64,000 nt of DNA from a virus: the IMG/VR virus record IMGVR_UViG_3300023296_001674, one strand, 5' to 3'. The notes beneath the pieces were generated by a model, which saw only the letters and a list, made by a program, of their open reading frames with translations, did no database searches and was not told where the DNA came from. Position 1 is the first letter of the stretch, and each line of letters opens with the position of its first letter. The position numbers were made by a program, and so were the translations under genes. Positions 48,922 to 58,745 of the stretch are shown here, in pieces.

Positions 48922-49376
48922 TGAAAAATCTTGCTGGTGTAGAAAAATGTGATGACTACATTCGTGACGAACTTGAAAAAGCGGGTATTACTCCGTTTGA
49001 AATTCTTAAAGGAACATCAGAAGTTCCATATTCAGTTATTGGTTTATTGGGGCATGATGATTATGATGAGCGTGATATTAATTTTTTCAAGCGCCATAAA
49101 CTCGCTATAAAAATTGCATCATTTCATTTCACACGAAATTGGTATTACTGGATAGTTAGTGGTTATGTTCCATTGGATGTGGCTGAAATAATGTACGCTA
49201 ATCCCAATGGCGTTAAGGATATTCGTGCTGCTGGACATTGTGGATGTCCACCACCTTCTGAACAAGTTGATAGAATTTTAGTTTGTGGGAAAAAGGTGGT
49301 GTCTTCATATCACATTGACTCACAAGAAGGTTTGAATTATTTTGTTCAAACACTCAAAGAACACGGTTTGGTATAA
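48921..49376 (+). CDS. hypothetical protein
   Basis: 151 aa; ATGA overlap with upstream gene. Confidence 0.4.
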   Translation: MKNLAGVEKCDDYIRDELEKAGITPFEILKGTSEVPYSVIGLLGHDDYDERDINFFKRHKLAIKIASFHFTRNWYYWIVSGYVPLDVAEIMYANPNGVKDIRAAGHCGCPPPSEQVDRILVCGKKVVSSYHIDSQEGLNYFVQTLKEHGLV

Positions 49377-49387
49377 AGGAGAATAAA

Positions 49388-49618
49388 ATGTCTGATTTAA
49401 CCAATGTTACTACACATGATGCATGGATGGCTTTATTTAATATTAGAAAAAAAGATTTAGAGTCTGTATTAACACTACTAACAAAAAACAATACACTAGG
49501 AATTGATAATTCAAAAATTTCTAAAATTATGGAACATCTTGATACCGCTTTTGATGGCATCGAAGCACAAGTTATTATTGCGCAGCGCGACAAACAAATG
49601 GAAAAAGGAAAATTATAA
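49388..49618 (+). CDS. hypothetical protein
   Basis: 76 aa; AAGGAGAATAAA ATG. Confidence 0.4.
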   Translation: MSDLTNVTTHDAWMALFNIRKKDLESVLTLLTKNNTLGIDNSKISKIMEHLDTAFDGIEAQVIIAQRDKQMEKGKL

Positions 49619-50617
49619 ATGTCGCATTCTTCTAAAAAGGTAATTTATTATGCTGCGGTAGCCAATTTTGGTATTGCTATTGCTAAATTTGGTGGTGCAT
49701 GGCTTACTGGTAGTGCCGCTATGATGTCAGAAGGAATTCACTCTTTGGTGGATACCAGCAATCAAGGATTGCTTTTATTGGGGATGAAAAAAGCGAGTAA
49801 ACCAGCAGATGCCAAACATCCTTCTGGTTATGGTCGTGAACTTTATTTTTATGCATTTATTGTAGCCATTCTTATTTTTGCAGTTGGTGCAGGTGTATCA
49901 TTATTGGAAGGTGTAGAAGCATTGATGCATGGTAAAGCATTATTAATGGGATCGGTTGCATTCGTGGGTTTCAATATTGGATATCAATACATTGTTCTTG
50001 GTATTTTATTTTTTGGTATGTTGTTGGAAGGGAAATCGTGGTTGGTTGCATATCAGGAATTTACTGGATCGTTACCAAATGGTGTAGGTGTGTGGAAAGG
50101 TCTTACTGATGTTAAAGACCCGACTGTAGCAGTTATTTTAGTTGAAGACACTGCTGCTATGTTGGGTTTGTTTGTAGCATTTATTGGTGTAGGGGCAGCA
50201 TATTATTTTAATAATTCGTTGCTTGATGCTGGTGCAACTATTATTATTGGTGTTATTTTAGCATCGGTATCAATGTTTTTGGCGTATGAATGTAAATCGT
50301 TATTGATCGGCGAAGCAGCATCACCAGAAGTCCAAAAAAGTATTGCTGATATTATTTCTGAAATGCCGGGTGTTATTAAAGCGAACGAAGTTATTACTGA
50401 ACATATTGGGCCAAAAGAAGTTAGAGTATTGATTTCATTGGATTTTAAGGATTCTACTTCATCGACGCAAATTGAAGCAATTTCTAGCAGATTGGAAAAG
50501 CAAATTAAAAAGAAACACGTCGATGTTACGAGAGTGTTTGTTGAAGCACAAAGCAGTTATTCGCATGCACGCGATGCTGAAACCGAAGCGGCTGAACATA
50601 ATGGATTATACGGATGA
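49619..50617 (+). CDS. cation diffusion facilitator family transporter
   Basis: TM domain with MSEGIHSLVDTSNQG (HSLxD metal-binding motif), 5-6 helices, cytoplasmic C-terminal domain. Confidence 0.65.
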   Translation: MSHSSKKVIYYAAVANFGIAIAKFGGAWLTGSAAMMSEGIHSLVDTSNQGLLLLGMKKASKPADAKHPSGYGRELYFYAFIVAILIFAVGAGVSLLEGVEALMHGKALLMGSVAFVGFNIGYQYIVLGILFFGMLLEGKSWLVAYQEFTGSLPNGVGVWKGLTDVKDPTVAVILVEDTAAMLGLFVAFIGVGAAYYFNNSLLDAGATIIIGVILASVSMFLAYECKSLLIGEAASPEVQKSIADIISEMPGVIKANEVITEHIGPKEVRVLISLDFKDSTSSTQIEAISSRLEKQIKKKHVDVTRVFVEAQSSYSHARDAETEAAEHNGLYG

Positions 50618-51198
50618 AAAAATTAAAAATAGCAGTTTTAATTTCTGGCAATGGGTCTAACTTACAAGCATTGATAAATTCATGTAGACCGAATGTTTCA
50701 CCAGTTGAAATCGTATGTGTTATATCTAATGAGGCTTCTGCATATGGATTAACAAGGGCAAAAGAAAGTGGTATAAGAACATTTGTTGCGCCATATTTAT
50801 CGACTAAATCGAAGCAAGAAAACGATCAATTTGTGACATATATTTTAAATTATTTTGATGTTGATTTAGTATGTCTTGCCGGATTTATGAAATTATTCAC
50901 AAATGAATTTTGTGAACGATGGAAAGGTAATTTGATCAACATACATCCTTCATTGTTGCCCAAGTATAAAGGACTTGACGTATATCAACGAGCACTTGAT
51001 GACAATGAAACAGTTAGTGGATGCACAATTCATTACGTGACGGCGAAAATGGACGATGGCCCAATTATTGCTCAATATCAAGTCCCAATTAATGAGGGTG
51101 ATACATCTGAAGATTTACAAAAACGTATTTTAACAATGGAGCATTTGATATATCCTAATGTGGTATATAGAATTGCACATGAACGAGGGTTTGGTTAA
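50614..51198 (+). CDS. purN: phosphoribosylglycinamide formyltransferase
   Basis: KIAVLISGNGSNLQAL; NIHPSLLPKYKGLDVYQRAL; GCTIHYVTAKMDDGPIIAQ. Confidence 0.7.
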   Translation: MKKLKIAVLISGNGSNLQALINSCRPNVSPVEIVCVISNEASAYGLTRAKESGIRTFVAPYLSTKSKQENDQFVTYILNYFDVDLVCLAGFMKLFTNEFCERWKGNLINIHPSLLPKYKGLDVYQRALDDNETVSGCTIHYVTAKMDDGPIIAQYQVPINEGDTSEDLQKRILTMEHLIYPNVVYRIAHERGFG

Positions 51199-51434
51199 TG
51201 CCATTTAGAATGATACGTGTTCGTATACCGATGACATTGATGGACTATCAACAGCTTCCAAATTTGTATCAAGCTGATTCTCCTGGTGATTATGAGAAAC
51301 CGATGTCGATTATGATGGGGCAATATTATGTCCAAGAAGATAGATATCACGTTGGTGATAAATCATTCATTATGCATTATGGTGCCATTTGGTATCCAAA
51401 ACAAAAATATTTTATAAAATGGTTAAGGGGATAA
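51198..51434 (+). CDS. hypothetical protein
   Basis: 78 aa; ATG overlaps purN stop. Confidence 0.35.
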   Translation: MPFRMIRVRIPMTLMDYQQLPNLYQADSPGDYEKPMSIMMGQYYVQEDRYHVGDKSFIMHYGAIWYPKQKYFIKWLRG

Positions 51435-51514
51435 TACTATGGAAAGAAAATAAAAGAAAAAGAACAATTAGAGAAACAAATAGCAACGTTAAATAAAAAA
51501 TTGGAGAAAATGTA

Positions 51515-52105
51515 ATGTCTGATATAAAACCCAAAATAACGCTACCAAAAAAACAATATATGCCCGAATATGGCGACATTGACGTTTATGGTGAATATTG
51601 CAAATATTTAGAAAAGGTTGATTGGGAGTTATTTCGTACCATGAATCCAATGCCCATTCTTGGCATATTCTCAAGTAATCCATGGAACGCAATGCTTGGT
51701 TTTGGTATTGATAAAACTTCTGTCGAAAATTTGAAACAATGGTCTAGAAATTACTGCCCTTGTTCTGATATGAATTATAATTCCATTGTTCCAGTAAGCA
51801 TTTTAACATCAGACGCAGATCGATATATTGGTGGTGATAAAGCGCATTGGTTTTACGACCTTCTTAGTGATGGCGATTGGAATAGATATCAAAACTGGGG
51901 TATTAGTAATGAAGACTCTTCTAAAGATAAATCACGTGAAACACCAGAAGATTATCTTAGTACGGTGAGTAGAGCAATACTTGGTAGCGGCTATACTGAA
52001 TGTATTTTACCTAGCGATGGTGGGCATGATTTAATCTTTGCGATGATTCCTCTTGACAATGGTGATAAAATTGTTACAATAGGATGGGAATGGTATAACA
52101 AATAA
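51515..52105 (+). CDS. hypothetical protein
   Basis: 196 aa; Trp-rich. Confidence 0.4.
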   Translation: MSDIKPKITLPKKQYMPEYGDIDVYGEYCKYLEKVDWELFRTMNPMPILGIFSSNPWNAMLGFGIDKTSVENLKQWSRNYCPCSDMNYNSIVPVSILTSDADRYIGGDKAHWFYDLLSDGDWNRYQNWGISNEDSSKDKSRETPEDYLSTVSRAILGSGYTECILPSDGGHDLIFAMIPLDNGDKIVTIGWEWYNK

Positions 52106-52170
52106 AGGACACCAATACAAGTATTGGCAGATAAAAAATTCGACTTGGAATATGATTGAAGGGATATAAA

Positions 52171-53103
52171 ATGATTAATAAAGACGCAAAAATTTTAGTA
52201 GCAGTATCTGGTGGTGTTGACTCTGTCTATATGTTACATTTGTTATTGAAACTTGGATATTCAAATCTTGGTGTTGTTAATTTCAATCATCAACATCGCG
52301 ATGAATCTATGATGGAACAACAATTTGTTAGAACGTTGGCAGAAAATAGCAAACTCGTATTTCACGCCGCAGGTACTAATGTAGATACTCATTGTAAAAT
52401 GAGAAACGAATCATTCGAGTTAGTGGCAAGAGATTTGCGGCGCACGTATTTTAATGCTATTATTGAAGAGCATGAATATGAATGGCTTGCATTGGGTCAA
52501 CATAGTGATGACCAAGCAGAAACTGTTTTATTGAATTTGTTTCGTGGTTCGGGCGTCCATGGATTGGCTGGAATGCTTGGTGAAGATGAAGAACAAAAAA
52601 TCTTTCGACCACTACTTCAAATGTCAAAGCATGAAATTTATACAAGTGCGATTGCTGCTAATCTCGAATGGCACGAAGATCACACCAATCATGAAACGGA
52701 ACACGATAGAAATTGGTTGCGCAATGAAATTATTCCACAGTTGGAAACTCGCCGCAGTGGATTAAAAACAGTATTGAATGATACTGCTACACGTATGCAA
52801 GATATGAGTGATTATATCAAAAGTGAAGCACATCATTGGTTTGAAAATTATTTTTTAGGAACTGGTTATCAACTTTCAGCCAATCATTACATGGTAGAAC
52901 ATAAAGTTTTACGTGCTGAAATTTTAGGTTTTATTTGGGTATACTGTAATGGTTCACGTAAAAACTTTAACAACAAAGTAGTGTTTGAAATTGAAAAATG
53001 GTTATCGTCTAATCCAGAAGGTGGAACCAAAGTCTATTTTGGTGACACATATTTGACTATTAAACATGGATTGGTAACAGTAATTTATGATAAAACAACG
53101 TAG
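52171..53103 (+). CDS. tilS: tRNA(Ile)-lysidine synthetase, short form
   Basis: PP-loop KILVAVSGGVDSVYMLHLL; N-type ATP pyrophosphatase fold; 310 aa (lacks the long C-terminal domain of E. coli TilS). Confidence 0.7.
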   Translation: MINKDAKILVAVSGGVDSVYMLHLLLKLGYSNLGVVNFNHQHRDESMMEQQFVRTLAENSKLVFHAAGTNVDTHCKMRNESFELVARDLRRTYFNAIIEEHEYEWLALGQHSDDQAETVLLNLFRGSGVHGLAGMLGEDEEQKIFRPLLQMSKHEIYTSAIAANLEWHEDHTNHETEHDRNWLRNEIIPQLETRRSGLKTVLNDTATRMQDMSDYIKSEAHHWFENYFLGTGYQLSANHYMVEHKVLRAEILGFIWVYCNGSRKNFNNKVVFEIEKWLSSNPEGGTKVYFGDTYLTIKHGLVTVIYDKTT

Positions 53104-53371
53104 CTCATTTCCTAGAACTGTATTGGTTGGCAAAGAACGCCGACTAATGTTGATGAAATCCATGATGAATGGTATAGAGCAACGGTTGTTGGTCAATCGC
53201 GAGGGATGTTATAATATTAAAGATGTTGATATTAAAGCAATGATGAAAAAAGGTCATGTAACGCTTTTTCGTGTGAAATCGCATTCATTTTGTTGTGAAC
53301 ATAGACAATTATCATATATCAAGATGACTAGAAAAGGTCGCGTATATTATCGAAAACACATTAAGTGTTGA
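53087..53371 (+). CDS. hypothetical small basic protein
   Basis: 94 aa; overlaps the tilS 3' end by 17 nt; Cys/His-containing. Confidence 0.3.
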   Translation: MIKQRSSFPRTVLVGKERRLMLMKSMMNGIEQRLLVNREGCYNIKDVDIKAMMKKGHVTLFRVKSHSFCCEHRQLSYIKMTRKGRVYYRKHIKC

Positions 53372-53396
53372 CGGTTAATAATATAGATGATATGAT
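53368..53396 (+). promoter_or_regulatory. sigma70-type promoter upstream of tyrS
   Basis: TTGACG-17 nt-TATGAT. Confidence 0.4.
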
Positions 53397-53424
53397 TATT
53401 GAAATATGAAAAAGGAAATATAAT

Positions 53425-54675
53425 ATGTCGCATGTTTTTAAAAATGATTTAATGGTGGATTTGACCGATAGAGGTTTTATACACTCTACTACGGCTGACA
53501 CCAATCTCGAAAACGCATTAAGTGAGCCATGCGTCATTTACTGTGGATTTGATTGCACTGCTGATTCTTTGCATATTGGTAGTTTAGTCCAACTTAAAAT
53601 GTTAAAAAAGTTTAAAGACGCTGGTCATGTAGTGGTTCCAGTTATTGGAACTGCTACGACTAAAATTGGCGATCCATCTGGTCGCGATACGGCAAGACCG
53701 TTACTTACAGATGAAGAAATTGATCGTAATGCTAGGGGCATCGAATTCAGCATTTCTAATGTGGTTGATGCTGATGAAGTTATACACAATCATGAATTTA
53801 TTGAAGAACTTGACGTCGTTGATTTCATGCGCAATATCGGTAGTAAGATATCCATCAACACAATGATGAATCTTGAAAGCGTTCGTTCGAGAATGGAAGG
53901 CGACGAAGGAATGTCATTTCTTGAATTTTCATACAGTTTATTTCAAGCATACGATTTCTACAATATCATCAATGAAAACCCAACCATGCATGTAATTCAA
54001 ATAGGCGGCAGTGATCAATGGGGTAATATCACCATGGGTTTGGAGTTGGCTAAAAAAATGTGGGATAGCAAAAATCCAATGAAAGAAGCATTTGGCATTA
54101 CAACGCCATTGTTGACATCGTCTAATGGTCAAAAAATGGGCAAAACTGCGGATGGTGTAGTATGGCTCAATGGGAGCAAAATGACTGCATTGGATTTCTG
54201 GCAATTTTGGAGAAATATTCCAGATGATGATCTATTCCATTTGTTGCGATTATTTAGCGATTCAAGTCTTGAATTAATAAACCATATGGATGAGCACGGC
54301 AGTGAAACAGATGGTTACATCAACATGATGAAAAAATCATTCGCTTGTGAAATGACTTCTATGATTCGCGGTAACGATGAATCATTAAAAGCGGCAAAAA
54401 TGGCAGAAAGCATATTTGAAGATAAATCAGATATTGATTTACCAGAACATAAAGTTGATCGAGAATGCATGGTTAGTAATCTTGCATTGACTGTCTTTTT
54501 ACGCGAAGAAGGATTTATGAAATCATCCGGCGAAGCCAAACGCATGATTCAACAAGGTGGAATTCGTATAGACAACGTTAAGGTCGACGATGTCAATACT
54601 ATTATATCATCAAAAGGTGAATCATTCAAACTAAGCATAGGACAAAAGAAACATTACAGGATTGAATTTGAATGA
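53425..54675 (+). CDS. tyrS: tyrosine--tRNA ligase, bacterial type with C-terminal S4 domain
   Basis: HIGH motif (DSLHIGSL); KMSKS variant (QKMGKT); C-terminal S4-like RNA-binding domain; 416 aa. Confidence 0.85.
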   Translation: MSHVFKNDLMVDLTDRGFIHSTTADTNLENALSEPCVIYCGFDCTADSLHIGSLVQLKMLKKFKDAGHVVVPVIGTATTKIGDPSGRDTARPLLTDEEIDRNARGIEFSISNVVDADEVIHNHEFIEELDVVDFMRNIGSKISINTMMNLESVRSRMEGDEGMSFLEFSYSLFQAYDFYNIINENPTMHVIQIGGSDQWGNITMGLELAKKMWDSKNPMKEAFGITTPLLTSSNGQKMGKTADGVVWLNGSKMTALDFWQFWRNIPDDDLFHLLRLFSDSSLELINHMDEHGSETDGYINMMKKSFACEMTSMIRGNDESLKAAKMAESIFEDKSDIDLPEHKVDRECMVSNLALTVFLREEGFMKSSGEAKRMIQQGGIRIDNVKVDDVNTIISSKGESFKLSIGQKKHYRIEFE

Positions 54676-55016
54676 TATTTAAAGACGCAGATATTACCCG
54701 ATTTTGGAGTAAAGTAAAAAGAGAAAAAGAAAACGACTGTTGGCATTGGCAAGGTGGAATTCACTGGGCAAGTTCATTGGAAGTTCGTAATCGATATGGT
54801 GTATTTCATGCAAATAATAAAAAATATAGAGCACATCGTGTTTCTTATGCTATAATAAATGGAATAATACCAGATGGGCATGTTGTTAGACATAAGTGCG
54901 ATAATCCTAAATGTTGCAATCCAGCACATTTGGAAACTGGCACACAACAGGAAAACGATATGGATAGAATTATTCGTGGTAGAACGAGGAACGGACATAC
55001 AGGGAGAATAAAATGA
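54672..55016 (+). CDS. HNH homing endonuclease
   Basis: CWHWQGG...YRAHRVSYAI...HKCDNPKCCNPAHLETGTQQEN; ATGA overlap with the tyrS stop. Confidence 0.65.
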   Translation: MIFKDADITRFWSKVKREKENDCWHWQGGIHWASSLEVRNRYGVFHANNKKYRAHRVSYAIINGIIPDGHVVRHKCDNPKCCNPAHLETGTQQENDMDRIIRGRTRNGHTGRIK

Positions 55017-55306
55017 AAAAATATATGATTTTGTTAGTTGGAGTATTAGCGTTGGCTGGTTGTGACAATACCGAAATAGTGAGTGATTGTAGCAATTTAA
55101 CCACCGAACCGAGACTGGAAATGGAAAAAACTTTCTCCATGTGTTTGATAAAAACTGACGTTGGCACATGCAAACGCAACGTTGAAGATTTGTATTGTGA
55201 AAAACGCATCGTTGAAACAAATAGCGATGGCGCAGTAGTAAAAATTCATCGTATTTTAGATGGCAAACAAATAATGTCAAATGAGGTCAAACTTGATGTT
55301 GAGTAA
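55013..55306 (+). CDS. small lipoprotein
   Basis: lipobox LALAGC; 97 aa. Confidence 0.45.
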   Translation: MKKYMILLVGVLALAGCDNTEIVSDCSNLTTEPRLEMEKTFSMCLIKTDVGTCKRNVEDLYCEKRIVETNSDGAVVKIHRILDGKQIMSNEVKLDVE

Positions 55307-55631
55307 TAAAAATGCCAATTTAATAGGTGCGGCAATGGTGTGTTTGACAATTGTTATTGTTGTTAATGTGATAACACCCAATGAGCCGGTAGTGTTCCCA
55401 CCAATATCTCTAACAAATGTTGAAATGGATTGTGGTTCTATTACTGCCACCGGGGCAACACGAATGGATGTATATATTAGAACATGCCCATCGGTAGAAC
55501 TCAGTGCAGGAAGAACGTGTGTTCATCGCGCACCACATTTGTTTTGTCCAAAAGTAGTTATCGAACTTAATGTTGATGAAACAGTAAAATCAATTCGTAA
55601 GTTTTCCAATATAGAGGTTGAAAATGAGTAA
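55296..55631 (+). CDS. membrane-anchored hypothetical protein
   Basis: ATG at 55296 with GAGG SD (the track start at 55281 lacks an SD); N-terminal TM helix. Confidence 0.35.
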   Translation: MLSNKNANLIGAAMVCLTIVIVVNVITPNEPVVFPPISLTNVEMDCGSITATGATRMDVYIRTCPSVELSAGRTCVHRAPHLFCPKVVIELNVDETVKSIRKFSNIEVENE

Positions 55632-56118
55632 ATCGATTGCGGTATACGCGGGAAGTTTTTCGCCAATAACTCTGGGACACTTAGATATCATCGAAAAAGC
55701 GCGTAATCTGTTTGATGTTATATATGTTTCGGTTGGGCATAATGAAAATAAAACCAGTTTGTTTACAGTCAACGAACGTATTAAATTGATTAAGTGTTCC
55801 ATGGAAGAATATGGTATATCAAATGATACAGTTAATGTTACTTCATTCGATGGATTATTAATTGATCATGCCGAATTGAAAAATGCCACACATTTGGTTC
55901 GTGGATTGCGTGCTGCATCTGATTTTGACGCGGAGTTCACATTGAATGGAACTAACTCCAGAATGAATAATGATATTGTTACAACGTTTTTCATGGCACC
56001 ACAAGATTTTCTATTTGTGTCATCAAGTACGGTAAAAGTGTTAGCACCAAGTGGAAAAGATATTTCGTGGATGGTTACGCCGTGTGTTGAAGCAGCACTT
56101 AAGGAGAAATTCAAATGA
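55624..56118 (+). CDS. coaD: phosphopantetheine adenylyltransferase
   Basis: IAVYAGSFSPITLGHLDII (nucleotidyltransferase T/HxGH motif); 164 aa. Confidence 0.75.
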   Translation: MSKSIAVYAGSFSPITLGHLDIIEKARNLFDVIYVSVGHNENKTSLFTVNERIKLIKCSMEEYGISNDTVNVTSFDGLLIDHAELKNATHLVRGLRAASDFDAEFTLNGTNSRMNNDIVTTFFMAPQDFLFVSSSTVKVLAPSGKDISWMVTPCVEAALKEKFK

Positions 56119-56399
56119 CAAAAAAATGGCTAGTTACAGTTACAACAACGGATCATTTTTATGTGAAATCATTGAATAGGCGTGATACTTGTTTAATAAA
56201 CTGGGTTAACAGTTATATCATTGATGATCATCCGGTGGTATGGTTTAATAATACTATCCGATTATATAATGAATGGTATATGTCCGATGAACGTGATGAA
56301 CGAAAGGGTGTTATGGAAGTTCATAATATTTTATATTCTATCGAAATTCCTGATGGTTTAAATGTTGATAAAATCAGAGTATGGAATGACATGGATTAA
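56115..56399 (+). CDS. hypothetical protein
   Basis: 94 aa; ATGA overlap with coaD. Confidence 0.35.
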   Translation: MTKKWLVTVTTTDHFYVKSLNRRDTCLINWVNSYIIDDHPVVWFNNTIRLYNEWYMSDERDERKGVMEVHNILYSIEIPDGLNVDKIRVWNDMD

Positions 56400-56431
56400 T
56401 ACGCGTTCAGCCATAATGATAAATAATATCT

Positions 56432-56686
56432 ATGGGGCTACCAATATTAAAATGGGAAAAAATAAATTCCACCAACATTAAACGAACTTCATGGATTCCA
56501 GAAGAAGACCCTGAAGCCGACGGTGGCAATATGTATGTCGATTTTCATTCTGGTTGGATGTATGTTTATTTTGAAGTTCCTAGCGAAGTATATGATGCAT
56601 TCAAAAAAGCACCATCACGCGGAAAATTTCACGCACAGCATATTAAATGGAAATATGACTATTCCGTTCTAAATAAGAAAAAATAA
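56432..56686 (+). CDS. KTSC-domain protein (second copy)
   Basis: GGNMYVDFHSGWMYVYFEVPSEVYDAFKKAPSRGKFHAQHIKWKYDY matches the KTSC consensus. Confidence 0.5.
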   Translation: MGLPILKWEKINSTNIKRTSWIPEEDPEADGGNMYVDFHSGWMYVYFEVPSEVYDAFKKAPSRGKFHAQHIKWKYDYSVLNKKK

Positions 56687-56756
56687 TATTTGACATAATA
56701 CCCCCCCCACTGTGATATACTTATATAAGTTTAAAAAATATAGGAGAGATATTAGT

Positions 56757-57773
56757 ATGGGATTTTTAACACTATGGTTTATTATTATTATAATTACCGG
56801 ATTTGCGATGTATATAATGCGCAATGTAAAATTATCAAAATTAAAACAAAAAATTGAAAAAAGTCACCGTTATCGTGATGACGAGAAAGCGCCTGTTGCG
56901 GTTCTTGCTAAATCAGAATGGATGGCATTACCAGGAACAATAGGTGGTCTTTTACTCGCAATTACATATGCAATCTGTGCAATTTATATTATTTCTCCTG
57001 GACACATCGGTGTTCCAGTATGGTTTGGTAATGTGCAAGAAACATCACTTGATGATGGTATAATATGGATCAATCCAATGGCTAATATTGATATTATGGA
57101 TGGTCGACGTTTTGCTTATGAATTCTCTGGCGATTCTAAACTATTATCAGTTTCTAAAAAACAAAATCCATTAACTGTTGAAGTAGCATTTCCGTTTAAC
57201 TTGAATACCACTTATGCATGGAAATTACGCCAAAAAATTGGCAAGGATGATCGGTATCGTGAACAATTCAAATCATCAGCCCGTTCCGCTGTGCGTTCTG
57301 CTATTGCTGAATATGAATGGGGCGAAGTAACTAGCAAATTAGAAGAAATTTCTGAAAAAATGCGTAAATATTTCAAACGTAATGTAACGCGTGATTTGGT
57401 TGGATTGGGATTCACCACAGAAGAAGCATCTGCCACGTTTACATTCTTGAATGTTCAGTTGCGCGAGATTGTTCCTGATGAAAAGATTTTAGCAGCAACT
57501 GCTGAAAAAATGGCTGCATTGCAAGATTTGGAACGTCAATCAACATTGACCGAGATTGCTGGCGAGATTGCCGAGCGACGTGAAGCAGAAGGTCGTGGTG
57601 TTAGTAAGTTGTTTAACGCACTTCCTGATGGATTTAAACCAAGTGAAATCCAAATGGTTCTTGAAGCATTGGCAAATAAAACCCGTGCAGATGCTATGAT
57701 GAAAGCGGTTGAAACAGGACAAGTTGATACCATCATCATGGGAGCAGCAGTTCCTTCGATACCGGCTAAGTAA
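56757..57773 (+). CDS. SPFH/band-7 (prohibitin/stomatin-like) membrane protein
   Basis: N-terminal TM helix; HIGVPVWFGNVQETSLDDGIIWINPMANIDIMDGRRF (SPFH core); C-terminal Ala/Glu-rich coiled coil; ATG at 56757 after TAGGAGAG. Confidence 0.65.
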   Translation: MGFLTLWFIIIIITGFAMYIMRNVKLSKLKQKIEKSHRYRDDEKAPVAVLAKSEWMALPGTIGGLLLAITYAICAIYIISPGHIGVPVWFGNVQETSLDDGIIWINPMANIDIMDGRRFAYEFSGDSKLLSVSKKQNPLTVEVAFPFNLNTTYAWKLRQKIGKDDRYREQFKSSARSAVRSAIAEYEWGEVTSKLEEISEKMRKYFKRNVTRDLVGLGFTTEEASATFTFLNVQLREIVPDEKILAATAEKMAALQDLERQSTLTEIAGEIAERREAEGRGVSKLFNALPDGFKPSEIQMVLEALANKTRADAMMKAVETGQVDTIIMGAAVPSIPAK

Positions 57774-57790
57774 TACACAATGAATGACGA

Positions 57791-57816
57791 AGGCGGGAGA
57801 AATCCCGCCTTTTTCT
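57791..57816 (+). terminator. intrinsic terminator
   Basis: AGGCGGGA-gaaa-TCCCGCCT followed by TTTTTCT. Confidence 0.6.
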
Positions 57817-57827
57817 CACAATTGTTA

Positions 57828-57855
57828 TTGACAAATATTATAGATATGGTATCAT
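57828..57855 (+). promoter_or_regulatory. sigma70-type promoter upstream of clpS
   Basis: TTGACA-16 nt-TATCAT. Confidence 0.45.
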
Positions 57856-57885
57856 GAATGAAATTTATTATAAAGGATTATTATT

Positions 57886-58203
57886 ATGAGCGACATTGAT
57901 GTCATTGACAGAGTGGAAACTGTGGTTATAACTAAAGTCATAAAACCCAAAAAATACGCGGTGTTGTTGCATAACGATGATTTTACACCAATGGAATTTG
58001 TGGTTGTAGTTCTAGAAAAAATATTCAATAAAGGCGCTGAAGACGCGGTTGAAGTTATGCTTACAATTCATAAATCTGGAAAGGCTGCTGTGGGTTTATA
58101 CTCTAAAGAAATTGCTGAACAAAAAGTGTTTGACACAGAGGAATTCGCAAGAATTAATGATTATCCATTAAAAGCCACGATTGAAGAGCAAGGTGAAGAT
58201 TAA
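57886..58203 (+). CDS. clpS: ATP-dependent Clp protease adaptor ClpS
   Basis: KKYAVLLHNDDFTPMEFVVVVLEKIFNKGAEDAVEVMLTIHKSGKAAVG matches ClpS; 105 aa; no adjacent clpA. Confidence 0.75.
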   Translation: MSDIDVIDRVETVVITKVIKPKKYAVLLHNDDFTPMEFVVVVLEKIFNKGAEDAVEVMLTIHKSGKAAVGLYSKEIAEQKVFDTEEFARINDYPLKATIEEQGED

Positions 58204-58676
58204 CTGTTAGATGAGTCTTTTGATACACGTGGTGGAATGCCACCGTCTGTAATATCAAAACCCATTTGTTTACCATTCTTTTTTAATGTTCCTGGTTTTA
58301 CATCAACAGTTGAGTTTTGTTTAGTCAATATACCAACACCAGCACTTTCTTCTATATCAGCTTCCATAAATGCATCAAATGATTCTTTATACATTTCATA
58401 TTTTTCATCATATTTGTGTGACTGTTGGGCATTATTTATTGTCGTTTTAGAACTTTCAGAAATTGAAGCAGAACATTCATTCATATTTCTATTACCAGTG
58501 CGTTCACCGCAATCACAACAACATCCTTTACTGCCACACTTAGCACCACATTTGCCACCACATTTACAATCAGGGCCACATCCACACGATTCTATTTTGG
58601 ATTCAGTTATTGTTTTTTTAGAATCAGCAATAATTGGTAATCCAGCATTCATGAGAACTCTATTTAGATCGTCCAT
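58200..58676 (-). CDS. Cys-rich metallothionein-like protein
   Basis: CGCGPDCKCGGKCGAKCGSKGCCCDCG (13 Cys in 27 aa) after a short N-terminal region; convergent with clpS, overlapping by 4 nt. Confidence 0.45.
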   Translation of the reverse strand: MDDLNRVLMNAGLPIIADSKKTITESKIESCGCGPDCKCGGKCGAKCGSKGCCCDCGERTGNRNMNECSASISESSKTTINNAQQSHKYDEKYEMYKESFDAFMEADIEESAGVGILTKQNSTVDVKPGTLKKNGKQMGFDITDGGIPPRVSKDSSNS

Positions 58677-58745
58677 AATATTTTCCTTGACAAATTTGAT
58701 ATTTACTTATATATTATTTATATTTATTGGATTTAGGAGACTGTC

